From the NCBI GenBank assembly GCA_964575425.1, contig CAZNRD010000008.1, positions 3,161-67,160 on the forward strand: 64,000 bases of DNA, written 5' to 3'. The DNA is from an uncultured Anaerolineaceae bacterium (GTDB lineage: Bacteria; Chloroflexota; Anaerolineae; Anaerolineales; E44-bin32). This document shows, one piece after another, positions 20,197-30,336 of this stretch. Numbering within the stretch: position 1 is the stretch's first letter; the number at the start of each line of letters is the position of its first letter. A model generated the notes under the pieces. It did no database searches, was not told the origin of the DNA, and worked only from the letters and a program-made list of their open reading frames with translations. The translations under genes and the position numbers were made by a program.

Positions 20197-21756
20197 TCAG
20201 TCGACCCGACGTCGGCGCAGGTTTACGACCACGACGACCCCGCCCAAGAACAGGAGGACCGGGATCATGGCCTGGAGAATGATGAGCAGTGACCTGTTCT
20301 CGATGTCAGCCGGCGGGACAGCATCGTCCGGCGACAGGAATGCCCCCAGGAGCGGCCCGGTGGACGATGTCGGCGTTGCCTCCCGCGTTGGAACGACCTC
20401 CGGGGCCAGCATTGACACCTCGGACGTGGGTGTCAACGTCGGGAAGACAACCGGTTGTTGTGCAGGCGCGTCGAGCATCCGGTTCGCGTACCAGATTCGA
20501 TAGGGAAAGGCACCCTCACCGCCCCAGATGTGAGCTTCGTCACGTACGAACCAGACGACGTGCAGCTGGTTTCCCAGGCCTACTGCGGCCCGAGGCCATT
20601 CCGGCACGTCGCCGGTCAAGGTGACCAGGGCCTCAGGAGTCGACCACGCCGCGCCATCCCACGCCATGTGGAGCAGGCTCAACGATGTCTGCAACGCTGA
20701 AGTCCTCCCGACGGCCAGGAGGTGAACGACGCCCGCGCCGTCAGTGACCATGGCGTACCCATCGGTCCTTCCCGCGTAGACCGTCCATCCCCCATAGCCG
20801 CCCGGAATGGCCTGTGGTTGAGCCCATGTCAGGCCGCCGTCGTCGGAGGTCCGGTACAGGATCCGGTCCTCAGGAAGGCTGAGCCATGCAGCCACCAGCT
20901 GGCCCGTCCCGGTCATTCCGAGTGTCACATGCCTCGCCTGGGAATCCGATGGAGCCAGGATCAAGGGCGGGCGCCACGTCCGTCCCCCATCGTCTGAGCC
21001 CACGTAGATCGCAGTCGTGGGAGCCGCCAGCTGTCCCAGGTCTCCGCCTCGGCCGGCTTCCCACACCAGATGCAGGCGTCCCTGGGTATCCACGACCACG
21101 CTGGGCTTGGCCGCGCCAGACGGCCCTGGTGTGATGTCTTCGGGCAGCGACCAGACGAGGCCATTGTCTTCGGAGACCCGGTGGTAGACGTGGAGACACT
21201 CAGGACAACCAGCGGGCTGAGCATACTCCGTGTAGAAGACGTGCAGCCTGCCGGCAGCATCAAGCACCAGGCGAGAGAAGTAGCCGTTGTCTCCCGAGCT
21301 GATCGATCGCGGCGGAAGGAAGTTGGGGGCTGCAACGGCCTGGGTCGAGACCCGGGTGTAGTAGACCATGTTGCTGCGATACGTCATGTGAAGCGCTCCA
21401 GCCGCATCTGTCAGAAGGGCCGGCCGAGTGACATTGCCCTCGGATGGCAGCGCCACGACGTCCAGCGGCAGGGACCAGGCACGGCCATCCGAACTGGAGG
21501 CATACATCACCGTGTCATAGGCCTCTCCGCGGCCCAAATCAACGCCGCTGGACCAGACCACGTGCACCCTTCCGCTCAGGTCCACCGCGATGTCCGGGAA
21601 CCAAGAGGTTGTCGTCTCATCCGACAACGGGATCGGGCTGGACCAGCCCACCGTCTGGGCGAGCGCCGCCGGCGACCCCAGGCCAAGCATGAGGAGAGCA
21701 GCCGCAAGCAGACCCACTGGGAAGGCCATGGGGCGGATGAGATGTGTTCTACCCAC
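20197..21756 (-). CDS. Secreted BNR/Asp-box (sialidase-fold-like) beta-propeller protein with C-terminal membrane anchor
   Basis: GTG at 21756 after AGGAAGGAAGGA; signal peptide; Asp-boxes SSDGRAWS, SEDNGLVWS, SDDGGRTW, SDDGGLTW; TM helix + RRRR tail. Confidence 0.75.
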   Translation of the reverse strand: MGRTHLIRPMAFPVGLLAAALLMLGLGSPAALAQTVGWSSPIPLSDETTTSWFPDIAVDLSGRVHVVWSSGVDLGRGEAYDTVMYASSSDGRAWSLPLDVVALPSEGNVTRPALLTDAAGALHMTYRSNMVYYTRVSTQAVAAPNFLPPRSISSGDNGYFSRLVLDAAGRLHVFYTEYAQPAGCPECLHVYHRVSEDNGLVWSLPEDITPGPSGAAKPSVVVDTQGRLHLVWEAGRGGDLGQLAAPTTAIYVGSDDGGRTWRPPLILAPSDSQARHVTLGMTGTGQLVAAWLSLPEDRILYRTSDDGGLTWAQPQAIPGGYGGWTVYAGRTDGYAMVTDGAGVVHLLAVGRTSALQTSLSLLHMAWDGAAWSTPEALVTLTGDVPEWPRAAVGLGNQLHVVWFVRDEAHIWGGEGAFPYRIWYANRMLDAPAQQPVVFPTLTPTSEVSMLAPEVVPTREATPTSSTGPLLGAFLSPDDAVPPADIENRSLLIILQAMIPVLLFLGGVVVVVNLRRRRVD

Positions 21757-22062
21757 GAGGGTCCTTCCTTCCTGGCTCGGTCGCTTTGACATCGTGCAAT
21801 CCGACCTACACATGGATTCCGGGCAAGAACGCAAGCGCCACAGCGTCTCCGCCTGGAGACGAGATCGTCACCTGTGCCGGCTCCGCAACAGAGCGGTGAG
21901 TATCAGCTCGCGGTTACGACTCTTGCTCCATTCCTGGGCGAACCGGGGATCCGCTTGGGCGGTTTCCCTGGCTGCCAGCCATGGCCGGACCCCAATGGGG
22001 TAGCTCGGACCTTGCCGATGCACATGAAGGATCGCGTTCGCGTGTCCTCCGCGTCCAGTACA

Positions 22063-23751
22063 TCACGGGTGCTCTACCGAGTAGATCTGGACTTCCGGGG
22101 TTTCGTAGGCCAGTGACAGGTACGAGGCATTGGCCGGGTTGAAGCTGCCCAGAGCCCGCTCGGGGCGCCCCATGTAGACAAAGTCCACACCATAACGGGC
22201 AAGCAGGAGCCGCCTTTCGTCATCCGTCGTATCGCCAGCGTAGAAGAGTTCGACCGCCGCCCTCTTGCTAAAGAAGTCCAGAGTCTGTGCCCAGTGAGCG
22301 AGGAATGCATTCGTGCCGGTCCATGCGGGGAGGTACTGGCCGATGGTCAGTGAGCTGAGCACAACATCCTCTGCTTCGGCATTCGTCTCCAGCCACTGGA
22401 AGGCCCGCGCGTCCTGTGTCGATACATAGAATGGGTACTCATAGCGCGAAAGATCGTAGAAGCGCCAGGCCAACAGGTAGACGTTCGTCGGAACAATCAA
22501 GGCCAGGAAGACGGCGGGAACGGCCCGCCGCAGCCGGTCGGCCGATCGTCCGCTCAGTTTCCGCGTCTGGGATGTCCAGGGGATCACGTCTTCACACAGA
22601 CCCTTCGTGGCCATGAGGGCGATCGGCACCTGCCAGCCGTTCAGCAAATGGACCTGGAAATCGACTGGAAGGTAGATGAGCCCGAAGTACGAGAGGAACC
22701 ACCCGATGAGGAACACGTCCCCATGGCTCTGCGAGGCAAGACGCCAAGGCCTGCGACGCACAAGAGCGAAGAGCGCCAACAGGAACGCTGGCCCCAGGAG
22801 GATCACCAGGTCGAATGGCGGGGGTGAGAATACGCCTGCGTTGTCGAATTGCGACAGCACTTCCCTCCATATGGGATTGGAGTGAGTCAACCACATGGAA
22901 TACAACGCTGGCCACACGGAAAGGCCGCCTATGATCAGACCGCTTGAGATCAGGTAGCGAGGCAAGCGCCGGTCGCGGATCGACCGTAGCAGAGCATAGG
23001 CCAGGAGCACCGCGTAGACCGACACAAGATCATATGCATGCTGCCAGCCAAGAAACTGGGCCACCAACCCCGCGACCACCGCATGCCCCAGGCTCGCCTT
23101 CGCCTCGCCGCGCAGCAAGAGATCGAACACCAGCACATATACCGCTGCCGCGACGAAGTGCGGATACCCCAGAATGCCGAGGAAGGTGTTCGCCTCGGCG
23201 ATGTACACTGCCATGGGTCGGAGTAGAACGCCGTTCGTCACGGTGTATTTCAACACGACCAGGATCCAGCCGAAGCCGGAGGTGAGCGTGAGGGTCAGGA
23301 ACGCCACCCGACGTCTGAACCGGTCGGGGAAGTACCAGGCACAGATGCGGTAGGCCGCCCACAGGAATGCGCTCGCCGCGGCCACGCGCAGCAAGTGGTA
23401 CATCGGAGCGAACCCCACGCCCATGACCCGGCCAATTCGGCCGAGCATCCACCACAGGAGGTTGAAGAATGCGGGCCGATTCGGCTCCGGAGTAAGCTTG
23501 TTCGCTGCCAGGTGCGACTGCCCCAGCTCCCGCATCCATGAGAAGTATTGCGCGTGGTCGGGCACATCCAGCATGATTCCCATGAACTGCCGGTCGGGCG
23601 GCGCGCTCAAGTACGCATACGCGTACGGCAGGCTGGTGATAAGCAGGACTGCCAGGGTTACGCCCATGACGAAACGCCATTCGGCCGCAGGGACATGGTT
23701 TGATGTCCCCGCCGCCGCGGCCGGCATGGGCCCGCTGACGCACTGCTTCAC
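22063..23751 (-). CDS. Polytopic membrane protein, GT-C-like (lipid-linked sugar transferase candidate)
   Basis: Many TM helices, acidic first loop (DVPDHAQY), C-terminal soluble domain; GTGA overlap with the upstream gene. Confidence 0.55.
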   Translation of the reverse strand: MKQCVSGPMPAAAAGTSNHVPAAEWRFVMGVTLAVLLITSLPYAYAYLSAPPDRQFMGIMLDVPDHAQYFSWMRELGQSHLAANKLTPEPNRPAFFNLLWWMLGRIGRVMGVGFAPMYHLLRVAAASAFLWAAYRICAWYFPDRFRRRVAFLTLTLTSGFGWILVVLKYTVTNGVLLRPMAVYIAEANTFLGILGYPHFVAAAVYVLVFDLLLRGEAKASLGHAVVAGLVAQFLGWQHAYDLVSVYAVLLAYALLRSIRDRRLPRYLISSGLIIGGLSVWPALYSMWLTHSNPIWREVLSQFDNAGVFSPPPFDLVILLGPAFLLALFALVRRRPWRLASQSHGDVFLIGWFLSYFGLIYLPVDFQVHLLNGWQVPIALMATKGLCEDVIPWTSQTRKLSGRSADRLRRAVPAVFLALIVPTNVYLLAWRFYDLSRYEYPFYVSTQDARAFQWLETNAEAEDVVLSSLTIGQYLPAWTGTNAFLAHWAQTLDFFSKRAAVELFYAGDTTDDERRLLLARYGVDFVYMGRPERALGSFNPANASYLSLAYETPEVQIYSVEHP

Positions 23752-25334
23752 CGCAAACCCCTCACACCACTCCTGCCCTGAGCCTCACCGCATCCTGGCG
23801 ACGGGGCACAGTTGATCGACGCCGAAGCAGAGGGCTCGGACAGAGGACAAAGACGGCCAGGCAGCCTGCCCCATCCGACGGCGGCCAACAAGGCCACCAC
23901 ACCCAAGAGCGGCAAGAGGCTGGAGGCTCCCGAAAGGCCCAGCAGTGTGCCGATGTTGCGGGCTATGTTTCCGTCCGCCCAGTTCGGCAAGGCATACTGC
24001 ACCAGGGGATTGTGCAGCTCGTCCGAAGGAAAAGCCTGTCCGGCGAGCGTCAGGCCCCATGTGGCGACCCAGGACCATGCGCCCGCGCCGACTACCGCCC
24101 AGCGAAACGGCGCCCGAGACCCCCAGGCGCGGAGGGCAAAGGCTAGGCCCAATGCCAGGAACGGAAGGCCAGGAAGGAGGTAGCGAGGCCCGACAGCAAA
24201 ACCTCCCCACCACATCCCAGACGAAGCGTTGAACCACATCATGCTCATGCTAATCGTCGCCGCCACCCACCACTCGGCGCGCCAATGGCACGATCTCCAC
24301 CAGGAAAGGAAACCAGACATGGCAAGAAGCAGAATCGGGGACAGCAGAAACAACCCGCGGAATGCGCTGAAGGTGATCCCCCAGATCGACTCGGCCCGTG
24401 GGAACGTCAGACTCAGGAACCCGCGCTGGTGCTCCTCCACCCACAACGCCGAGTACGAATACCCAAAGCCCCAGGGCTCACCGAAAACTACGGTGTTGTA
24501 TCCCAACCAACCTGCAATGAAGGGAGACCCTCCTAGCAGCACCCATACGATGGCATGCACCTGACGCTGCCCAATCAATTGCCCCACCGTGTAGATGCCT
24601 ATGATGACCGCGACAATACCCGCAGGATACTCCGTCACTACAGCTGCTGCCAGGAGTGCCCCGATCGCCGCCAGGCGGCCCGGCCTCATCCCGACTCTGC
24701 CACCATAGGCCAACACGAACGCACCGAACAGGAACGCCGCTGCCAGCTGATGCCCGTAAAGCGCGCCGGCGTAGGCAAAGGCTGGCGAGAGCAGGCCGTA
24801 CGCCAACACCGTGCCCATGCGGATGAGAGGGTCCGGGGTGACGTTTTCCAGCCAGCGATACATGCCCACGCCAAGCAGTGCGCTGGGCACGCCGGCCAGG
24901 GCAAACGCCAGCGCCACCTGGACGATGGCGAACCGGATCTTGCCGGCCTGGATGCCACTGCCTTCTGACCACAGGGTGCTGCTGAATGCCTGGTTTGACG
25001 CCAGCCGTATCTCAAGCTTCTCGACCAACGGGGTGGCGAGCACAGGCCGAAGGGCGGCATAGATGGGAACGCCCAGGAAGGCGACACCAGGCGCTTTGTC
25101 GCTGTAGTAGTGGCCATCCACATAGGCGTAGTCGACAGTATTGGAGACGTACCGGTCAATCTGGAAGGTGTGATCGTCGACGATGGCGAACACCATGTCG
25201 AGGCGGGAGTTCTGATTCGGATCGGCCCAGCGCGGGAAGATGTACGCGTAACAGGCCAGCAGGATGACAAACAACAACAGGCTGCGCCGGCGTTCGCCGC
25301 TGACCGTATTGTTCCCGTACTCAGCCGACATCAT
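23748..25334 (-). CDS. Polytopic membrane protein, GT-C-like
   Basis: Extracytoplasmic loop DPNQNSRLD…YYSDKAPG after TM1; many TMs; GPRYLLP motif. Confidence 0.55.
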   Translation of the reverse strand: MMSAEYGNNTVSGERRRSLLLFVILLACYAYIFPRWADPNQNSRLDMVFAIVDDHTFQIDRYVSNTVDYAYVDGHYYSDKAPGVAFLGVPIYAALRPVLATPLVEKLEIRLASNQAFSSTLWSEGSGIQAGKIRFAIVQVALAFALAGVPSALLGVGMYRWLENVTPDPLIRMGTVLAYGLLSPAFAYAGALYGHQLAAAFLFGAFVLAYGGRVGMRPGRLAAIGALLAAAVVTEYPAGIVAVIIGIYTVGQLIGQRQVHAIVWVLLGGSPFIAGWLGYNTVVFGEPWGFGYSYSALWVEEHQRGFLSLTFPRAESIWGITFSAFRGLFLLSPILLLAMSGFLSWWRSCHWRAEWWVAATISMSMMWFNASSGMWWGGFAVGPRYLLPGLPFLALGLAFALRAWGSRAPFRWAVVGAGAWSWVATWGLTLAGQAFPSDELHNPLVQYALPNWADGNIARNIGTLLGLSGASSLLPLLGVVALLAAVGWGRLPGRLCPLSEPSASASINCAPSPGCGEAQGRSGVRGLR

Positions 25335-26551
25335 GTACTGTCCTGGAAGACAGCCCGGTAGACATCGTCGAGCTGATCAGCGAGCCGCGAAAGGCTGTAG
25401 CGCTGCTCGACTAGGCGCCGGCCGTTGCACCCGAGCTCCTCCGCCAGCCGCGGTTCGGCAAGGACACGAAGCGTCGCCTGCGCAAATGCCTGAGGCGAAT
25501 CGGCCACCAGCAGGTCCCGGCCGGGCACAACGTCGATGCCTTCACAGCCCACCGCCGTCGAAACCACTGGCAATCGATGCGCCATGGCCGTCAGGATCTT
25601 CACTCGCATCCCTCCCCCGGAAAGCAGCGGAACGACGAACACACCTGCGCCGGCGAAGTAGGGCGATGAATCCTCAACATAGCCGGCCACGTGCACGCCG
25701 CTTCGACTCGTATTCCACGCCAGGACGTCCGATGGAGGATTTGCCCCCACGACGATGAGCTCCACGTCGGGCCGTTCCCTTCGCACAAGAGGAAGCACCG
25801 CATCGACGAACCAGCGAATCCCGTCGACATTGGGCGGCCAGAACATCGTGCCGATGTGCAGAATGTGATTGGCGCTAAGGGCCCGGGGCCGGCACTGGAT
25901 CTCATCCGTATCAACGGCGATGGGGACGACCCTCGGATCCGCTGCTGTCTTTCCCCATCCCGCCGACTGCGCTGCCTGCCGCAGCGCCTGACGATCAACC
26001 TCGGTTACCGTCAGCACGCTGTGGAACTTGCGGCACATCGCGCCTTCATACTGCTTCAGGAGTGCTGCGTCGCGCCGGATGACCCACCGGGCCGCTCGGT
26101 TGGGCGTTGTCGCCGCCAATCGCTCGTAGAGCAGCCACAGTGCGTTGTGCGCATCCAGCAGTCTGCGAGGTCCTCGGACGCGGAGTGCGTACTGAGCCAT
26201 GTTCAATTGATCGGAATGCACCAAGTCGAACGCATGCGACTGCCCGACCTGATCTACCAAGCGCCTCATCCCGGCGCGGTCATCACGCAGGATGACCCAT
26301 GGCCTGCCGCCCAGCAAGCTGCGGCACAGCGCCATAGCATCGTGCACGGATCCACGCACCATCTGAACGGTGTGGACCTCGCGGCAGATCCCGCGCAAAC
26401 GCGCCACCGCCGAAGACTGGTCTCCCCGCACAAAGGACACCAGGGTGATCCGATGCTTCCTCGTCAGGCATTTCAGCACGTTCCATGTCTTCACCTTGGG
26501 GCCGCTGTCCGGCGGATAGGGCAGTACCTGCGTAAGAAACAGGACTTCCAC
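25331..26551 (-). CDS. Glycosyltransferase family 4
   Basis: GTG after GAGGAG; PYPPDSG, GGMRVKILTAMA, PVVSTAVGCEG. Confidence 0.9.
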   Translation of the reverse strand: MEVLFLTQVLPYPPDSGPKVKTWNVLKCLTRKHRITLVSFVRGDQSSAVARLRGICREVHTVQMVRGSVHDAMALCRSLLGGRPWVILRDDRAGMRRLVDQVGQSHAFDLVHSDQLNMAQYALRVRGPRRLLDAHNALWLLYERLAATTPNRAARWVIRRDAALLKQYEGAMCRKFHSVLTVTEVDRQALRQAAQSAGWGKTAADPRVVPIAVDTDEIQCRPRALSANHILHIGTMFWPPNVDGIRWFVDAVLPLVRRERPDVELIVVGANPPSDVLAWNTSRSGVHVAGYVEDSSPYFAGAGVFVVPLLSGGGMRVKILTAMAHRLPVVSTAVGCEGIDVVPGRDLLVADSPQAFAQATLRVLAEPRLAEELGCNGRRLVEQRYSLSRLADQLDDVYRAVFQDST

Positions 26552-26558
26552 AGGCTCC

Positions 26559-27470
26559 TCAAACCCCGCGCAGCCTTCTCTGCAGCTGGCAACATCCGAC
26601 CACGACCCGCCCACGGCGGCCCCGGCTCAGCGCGCGCAGCGCGGCATGGAATGGCTGCTTGGTCAGCGTAGCGATGAGGATCATGGCTTTGAGAATGCGC
26701 GCCTGGACATCGCCGTGGTGCTTTCGGAAGTACCGCACACGGCTACGATAGAGATCCGCTTCTCGCTCCGCCGCCCGTTTGAGGCTGCTGCCTCCGGCGA
26801 GATGGATAACCCGGGCGGCTGGCTGATACCAGATCTGCCAGCCTGCCTCCCTTAGGGCATGACACAGGTCGACTTCCTCGGCATACATGAAGTATCCGAC
26901 ATCCATCCCGCCAACGTCCTGATAGGCCTGACGCCTGACGAGAAGGCAGGCGCCCTCGACATAGTCCACAATCTGGGGACCGCGCTCCGTCTCGGGCCCA
27001 CGGCTCGGATAGTGCCGCCCATACAGCAGCCTCCCCAAGCCGCTCAGGATCAGGAATTCTCGAAGGAGGCTCGGAAACCGGGAGTGGGAAGCCTGGAAAC
27101 TTCCGTCGCCGTTTACAAGTCGGGCGCCGACGACTGCCGCTCGTGGTTGTCTTGCGAGGACCTCAACCATGGCATCCAGCGCTCCCGGCGTCAGGCGAGC
27201 ATCGCTGTTCAGCAGCAGCAACACCTCCGATGAGCTTGCGGCCGCGCCCTGGTTGTTGGCGAAGGCAAAACCATGATTGCGCTCGTTACGCACACATCGA
27301 ACGGCAGGGAAGCGCTCGGCCAGCATGTCCGATGTCCCGTCCGCCGAGGCATTGTCGACGACCACGATCTCCGACAATGAAGTTCCCGCGTTTGACAGCA
27401 CCGACTCGATGCAGTCGGCGGTCAAGTCGCGCGTGTTCCAGGTTACGATCACAACAGTGACGTCATTCAC
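26559..27470 (-). CDS. Glycosyltransferase family 2 (WbbL/rhamnosyltransferase-like)
   Basis: VVIVTWNT, VVVDNASADG, LLLNSD, GACLLVRR, YAEEVDLC. Confidence 0.88.
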   Translation of the reverse strand: MNDVTVVIVTWNTRDLTADCIESVLSNAGTSLSEIVVVDNASADGTSDMLAERFPAVRCVRNERNHGFAFANNQGAAASSSEVLLLLNSDARLTPGALDAMVEVLARQPRAAVVGARLVNGDGSFQASHSRFPSLLREFLILSGLGRLLYGRHYPSRGPETERGPQIVDYVEGACLLVRRQAYQDVGGMDVGYFMYAEEVDLCHALREAGWQIWYQPAARVIHLAGGSSLKRAAEREADLYRSRVRYFRKHHGDVQARILKAMILIATLTKQPFHAALRALSRGRRGRVVVGCCQLQRRLRGV

Positions 27471-29022
27471 GCGGCCGCAACCGTTGATGCCGACCCTTGT
27501 CCTCCGAGAGCGAAGAGGTGGCGCGCGATATTCCGACCGAGGCTTCGCCTCGCCAACGGGCTTGACGCCCCATCCCGGGCGTTTGCTCCACGTCGGGGCC
27601 CTGGCCGTGTCCAACCACCTGCTGGTGCAGGCTGACCATTGCGCCGAGCAAGATCCATGTGAAGGCAGCGTTGTCGAAGCCCGAAATGGTTTGATTGTAG
27701 GCGAAGGGAAGCACCCAATCCCCAAGCATCATTGACACGACAACCCCGCACAAACCTGCAAGGACCCCGTTGGCGAACGCCTGTTCAAATCCAGGGCGAT
27801 CGAGCAGTTGGCGCCTCGTTGCAGCAGCCGTCACCAGGAAGCTTCCGATCAGCCAGAGAAATACCGCAAACCCGATGATCCCTGTCTGTGCCAGAATGTC
27901 GAAGTAATTGTTGTGCGTTGAGCGCGCGTCGCCCGGGAAGTACGACACGTTGTACACCGCATAGCCCGCCGGCCCCATGCCCAGCAGTGGGTGCCGGGCA
28001 ACCAGACTCAGGCTCTGCTCCCAGATATCCAGTCTCTCAAGAGAGCCCCCAGCAACCTTGATCTGGTACAGGTCCGCGAAGTAGAAACGGGCATTGATGA
28101 ACAGGTAGATCCCCAGCACGGCAGCCAGAAAGGCCGAGAGCCTACGGGAATGCATCAACGTCGCCGCTGCGCAGGCGATGGCCAGGGGGACCCAACCGGA
28201 GAACCAGGTCACGTGCACGACAAAGTACAGGTAGACAACGCCCAGAAACAGCGCCCCGAGCATGATTCGCTGGCCTGCTTTCAAGTCATGGTTGAAGAGC
28301 ATCTGCGTGTAGGCCAGTACCCCCACCCAGGTTGGGAATAGACCGCGCGAGCCGTTGCTGATCGCGACTACTGTGGGAAGGTGAAACAGACGAGAGACAA
28401 CGGCGAATGCCCCCAAACCCAAAATGCCCCAGGTGATCGCCACAAGCCACCGGCGGTCTTCAATCTGATTGGCTACAAACAGTGCCAGCAGGGGAAGGAG
28501 CGTGTTGACAGCCAGCGCAGCGATCTGAACGAGGGGGAATGAGCTCCACATGTACACCGTCGGATCGCGCATCAGCAAGCTCCAGGCGTAGGACACGAAG
28601 CCGATGGCGATGAAGGTCAGGAGCGGGGCGTTCACACGAGAGGGCTTCAGGCGCGCACCTCTCGGCATGAACAGCGTCTTGAACAACCAAAGCGCGATAC
28701 AGACGGCACTGATCACCAGGCTCAAGACCAGACGACTCTGGGTTCCGGTCGGCAGCGTGAAGGCGTTCAGCAGACCGGCTGCCAGCAGGATTGCCAGGAT
28801 CCCATACTCCAGTCGGCGCAGCCACAACCACACCGGCAGGCAACTCACGGCCAGCACGCCGCCGATGACCATTTCCGCTCTGAGCATCCCTGTCCGACGC
28901 AGACCAAGGACCACACCGACCGCCACCGAGGCGAGAATGACCAGGAGGACAACTGCTGCCCGTTCCAGGTCACGCTGCGTGCGTTCAGAGAATCTGGATG
29001 CCAAGACCGCTGGCAGGCGCAT
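27463..29022 (-). CDS. O-antigen polymerase/ligase family (Wzy_C) membrane protein
   Basis: Many TMs; RLDIW, LGMGPAGY, STHNNYFDILAQTGIIG. Confidence 0.85.
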   Translation of the reverse strand: MRLPAVLASRFSERTQRDLERAAVVLLVILASVAVGVVLGLRRTGMLRAEMVIGGVLAVSCLPVWLWLRRLEYGILAILLAAGLLNAFTLPTGTQSRLVLSLVISAVCIALWLFKTLFMPRGARLKPSRVNAPLLTFIAIGFVSYAWSLLMRDPTVYMWSSFPLVQIAALAVNTLLPLLALFVANQIEDRRWLVAITWGILGLGAFAVVSRLFHLPTVVAISNGSRGLFPTWVGVLAYTQMLFNHDLKAGQRIMLGALFLGVVYLYFVVHVTWFSGWVPLAIACAAATLMHSRRLSAFLAAVLGIYLFINARFYFADLYQIKVAGGSLERLDIWEQSLSLVARHPLLGMGPAGYAVYNVSYFPGDARSTHNNYFDILAQTGIIGFAVFLWLIGSFLVTAAATRRQLLDRPGFEQAFANGVLAGLCGVVVSMMLGDWVLPFAYNQTISGFDNAAFTWILLGAMVSLHQQVVGHGQGPDVEQTPGMGRQARWRGEASVGISRATSSLSEDKGRHQRLRPRE

Positions 29023-29023
29023 G

Positions 29024-30214
29024 TCACGTCCTGTCGTGCACCACGCTCTCGACCATCGAGCAGAACGCGGCGCCGATCCGCTCCCAGCTGTAGAGCTCAA
29101 CCACTCGCCTCCGGCCTTGATCGCCCAGCCGTCGCCGCAGGTCGGGGTCGCGCAGCACCTGGACGACCGCTGCGGCGAATGCGGCCGCGTCATCGGCCAC
29201 CACAACATCCCGACCACGAACGAGGTCTAACCCTTCAATGCCCTTGGAAGTGGCCACGACAGGGGTTCCCAAGGCGAGGGACTCCAGGATCTTCAGCCGC
29301 GTTCCGCCACCGGAACGAATTGGCGCGACGCTCAGCCAGCTTCCCGCCACAGCCGCGCGGATATCCTCCACCAACCCCACGAAAAAAACGCCAGGCATGT
29401 TGCTCAGCTCATCCAACCGCACGCCGTCCGTACGTCCGGTGACTGTGAATCGCGCCTCGGGAAAACCCGAACGGACTCGGGGCAGGATGTCCCGAACAAA
29501 GTAGGTCACGGCCTCATAGTTGGGCGGATAGGTCACCGATCCGGCGTAGATGATGGACCCGCGCTTGGGGTTGTTTCGCCTGGCCATCGGCCTCACATCC
29601 GCGCCGTTCGGGATAGTGACAGGCGCCGCCTGCTTCGGCGCAATCCTCATTGTAAGCGCCCTCTCTGCTTCGGAGACGACAGTGTATGCGTCGAATTGCG
29701 CCAGGACCCGGCGCGTATAGGCGGCCCGTTTCGCCCACATCAGCTGTCGCCGGATCCGTCGGCGCATATCTGGCGCCGACGTGACCTGTTCCCAGTAGCT
29801 CGCCAACTCGACTTCATCGAGCACACGGGGGACGCCCGTGACTTGCAGGGCGTAAGGCGCCATGTCGATCTGGGAGGACACAACCACATCGGGCGGCCAA
29901 TCTGCGCATAAGTCCCGGACGATGGCCTGCATCTCCCGGCTGAGGCTAGCACGGACCGAACGCGGCTGTGGGCTGAAGAAGCCGAGAAGGCCTGCGACCG
30001 TCTGCAGCTCAGGAGTGGGAAGCGGAGCCGTGTAAACGGCGGCGCACTCCTGATGAACGGCAAGCATGTCACCGTCTCCAGGAGGTTCGGACACGAACGC
30101 AACCAGAGTGACCTCGTGCTGCGAGGCCAATGCCCGCAGAAGATGCAGGATCCGCACTTTGGAGCCGTTATCCGCCGGGACGGGGAACCAACGTGAAAGG
30201 AAAAGGACGCGCAT
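29024..30214 (-). CDS. Glycosyltransferase family 4
   Basis: FPVPADNG, GGGTRLKILESLALGTPVV. Confidence 0.9.
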   Translation of the reverse strand: MRVLFLSRWFPVPADNGSKVRILHLLRALASQHEVTLVAFVSEPPGDGDMLAVHQECAAVYTAPLPTPELQTVAGLLGFFSPQPRSVRASLSREMQAIVRDLCADWPPDVVVSSQIDMAPYALQVTGVPRVLDEVELASYWEQVTSAPDMRRRIRRQLMWAKRAAYTRRVLAQFDAYTVVSEAERALTMRIAPKQAAPVTIPNGADVRPMARRNNPKRGSIIYAGSVTYPPNYEAVTYFVRDILPRVRSGFPEARFTVTGRTDGVRLDELSNMPGVFFVGLVEDIRAAVAGSWLSVAPIRSGGGTRLKILESLALGTPVVATSKGIEGLDLVRGRDVVVADDAAAFAAAVVQVLRDPDLRRRLGDQGRRRVVELYSWERIGAAFCSMVESVVHDRT

Positions 30215-30336
30215 CGCGTTTCCGGTCGGGCCAGGATCAGATCGCCTGTGGTGCCTGCAATGCCAGGTACGAAGTGATCCTGGAGTGAATGCACAAACAC
30301 CAGCGTCCGGCAGCCTGTGCCCAGGGAACACCCGCA

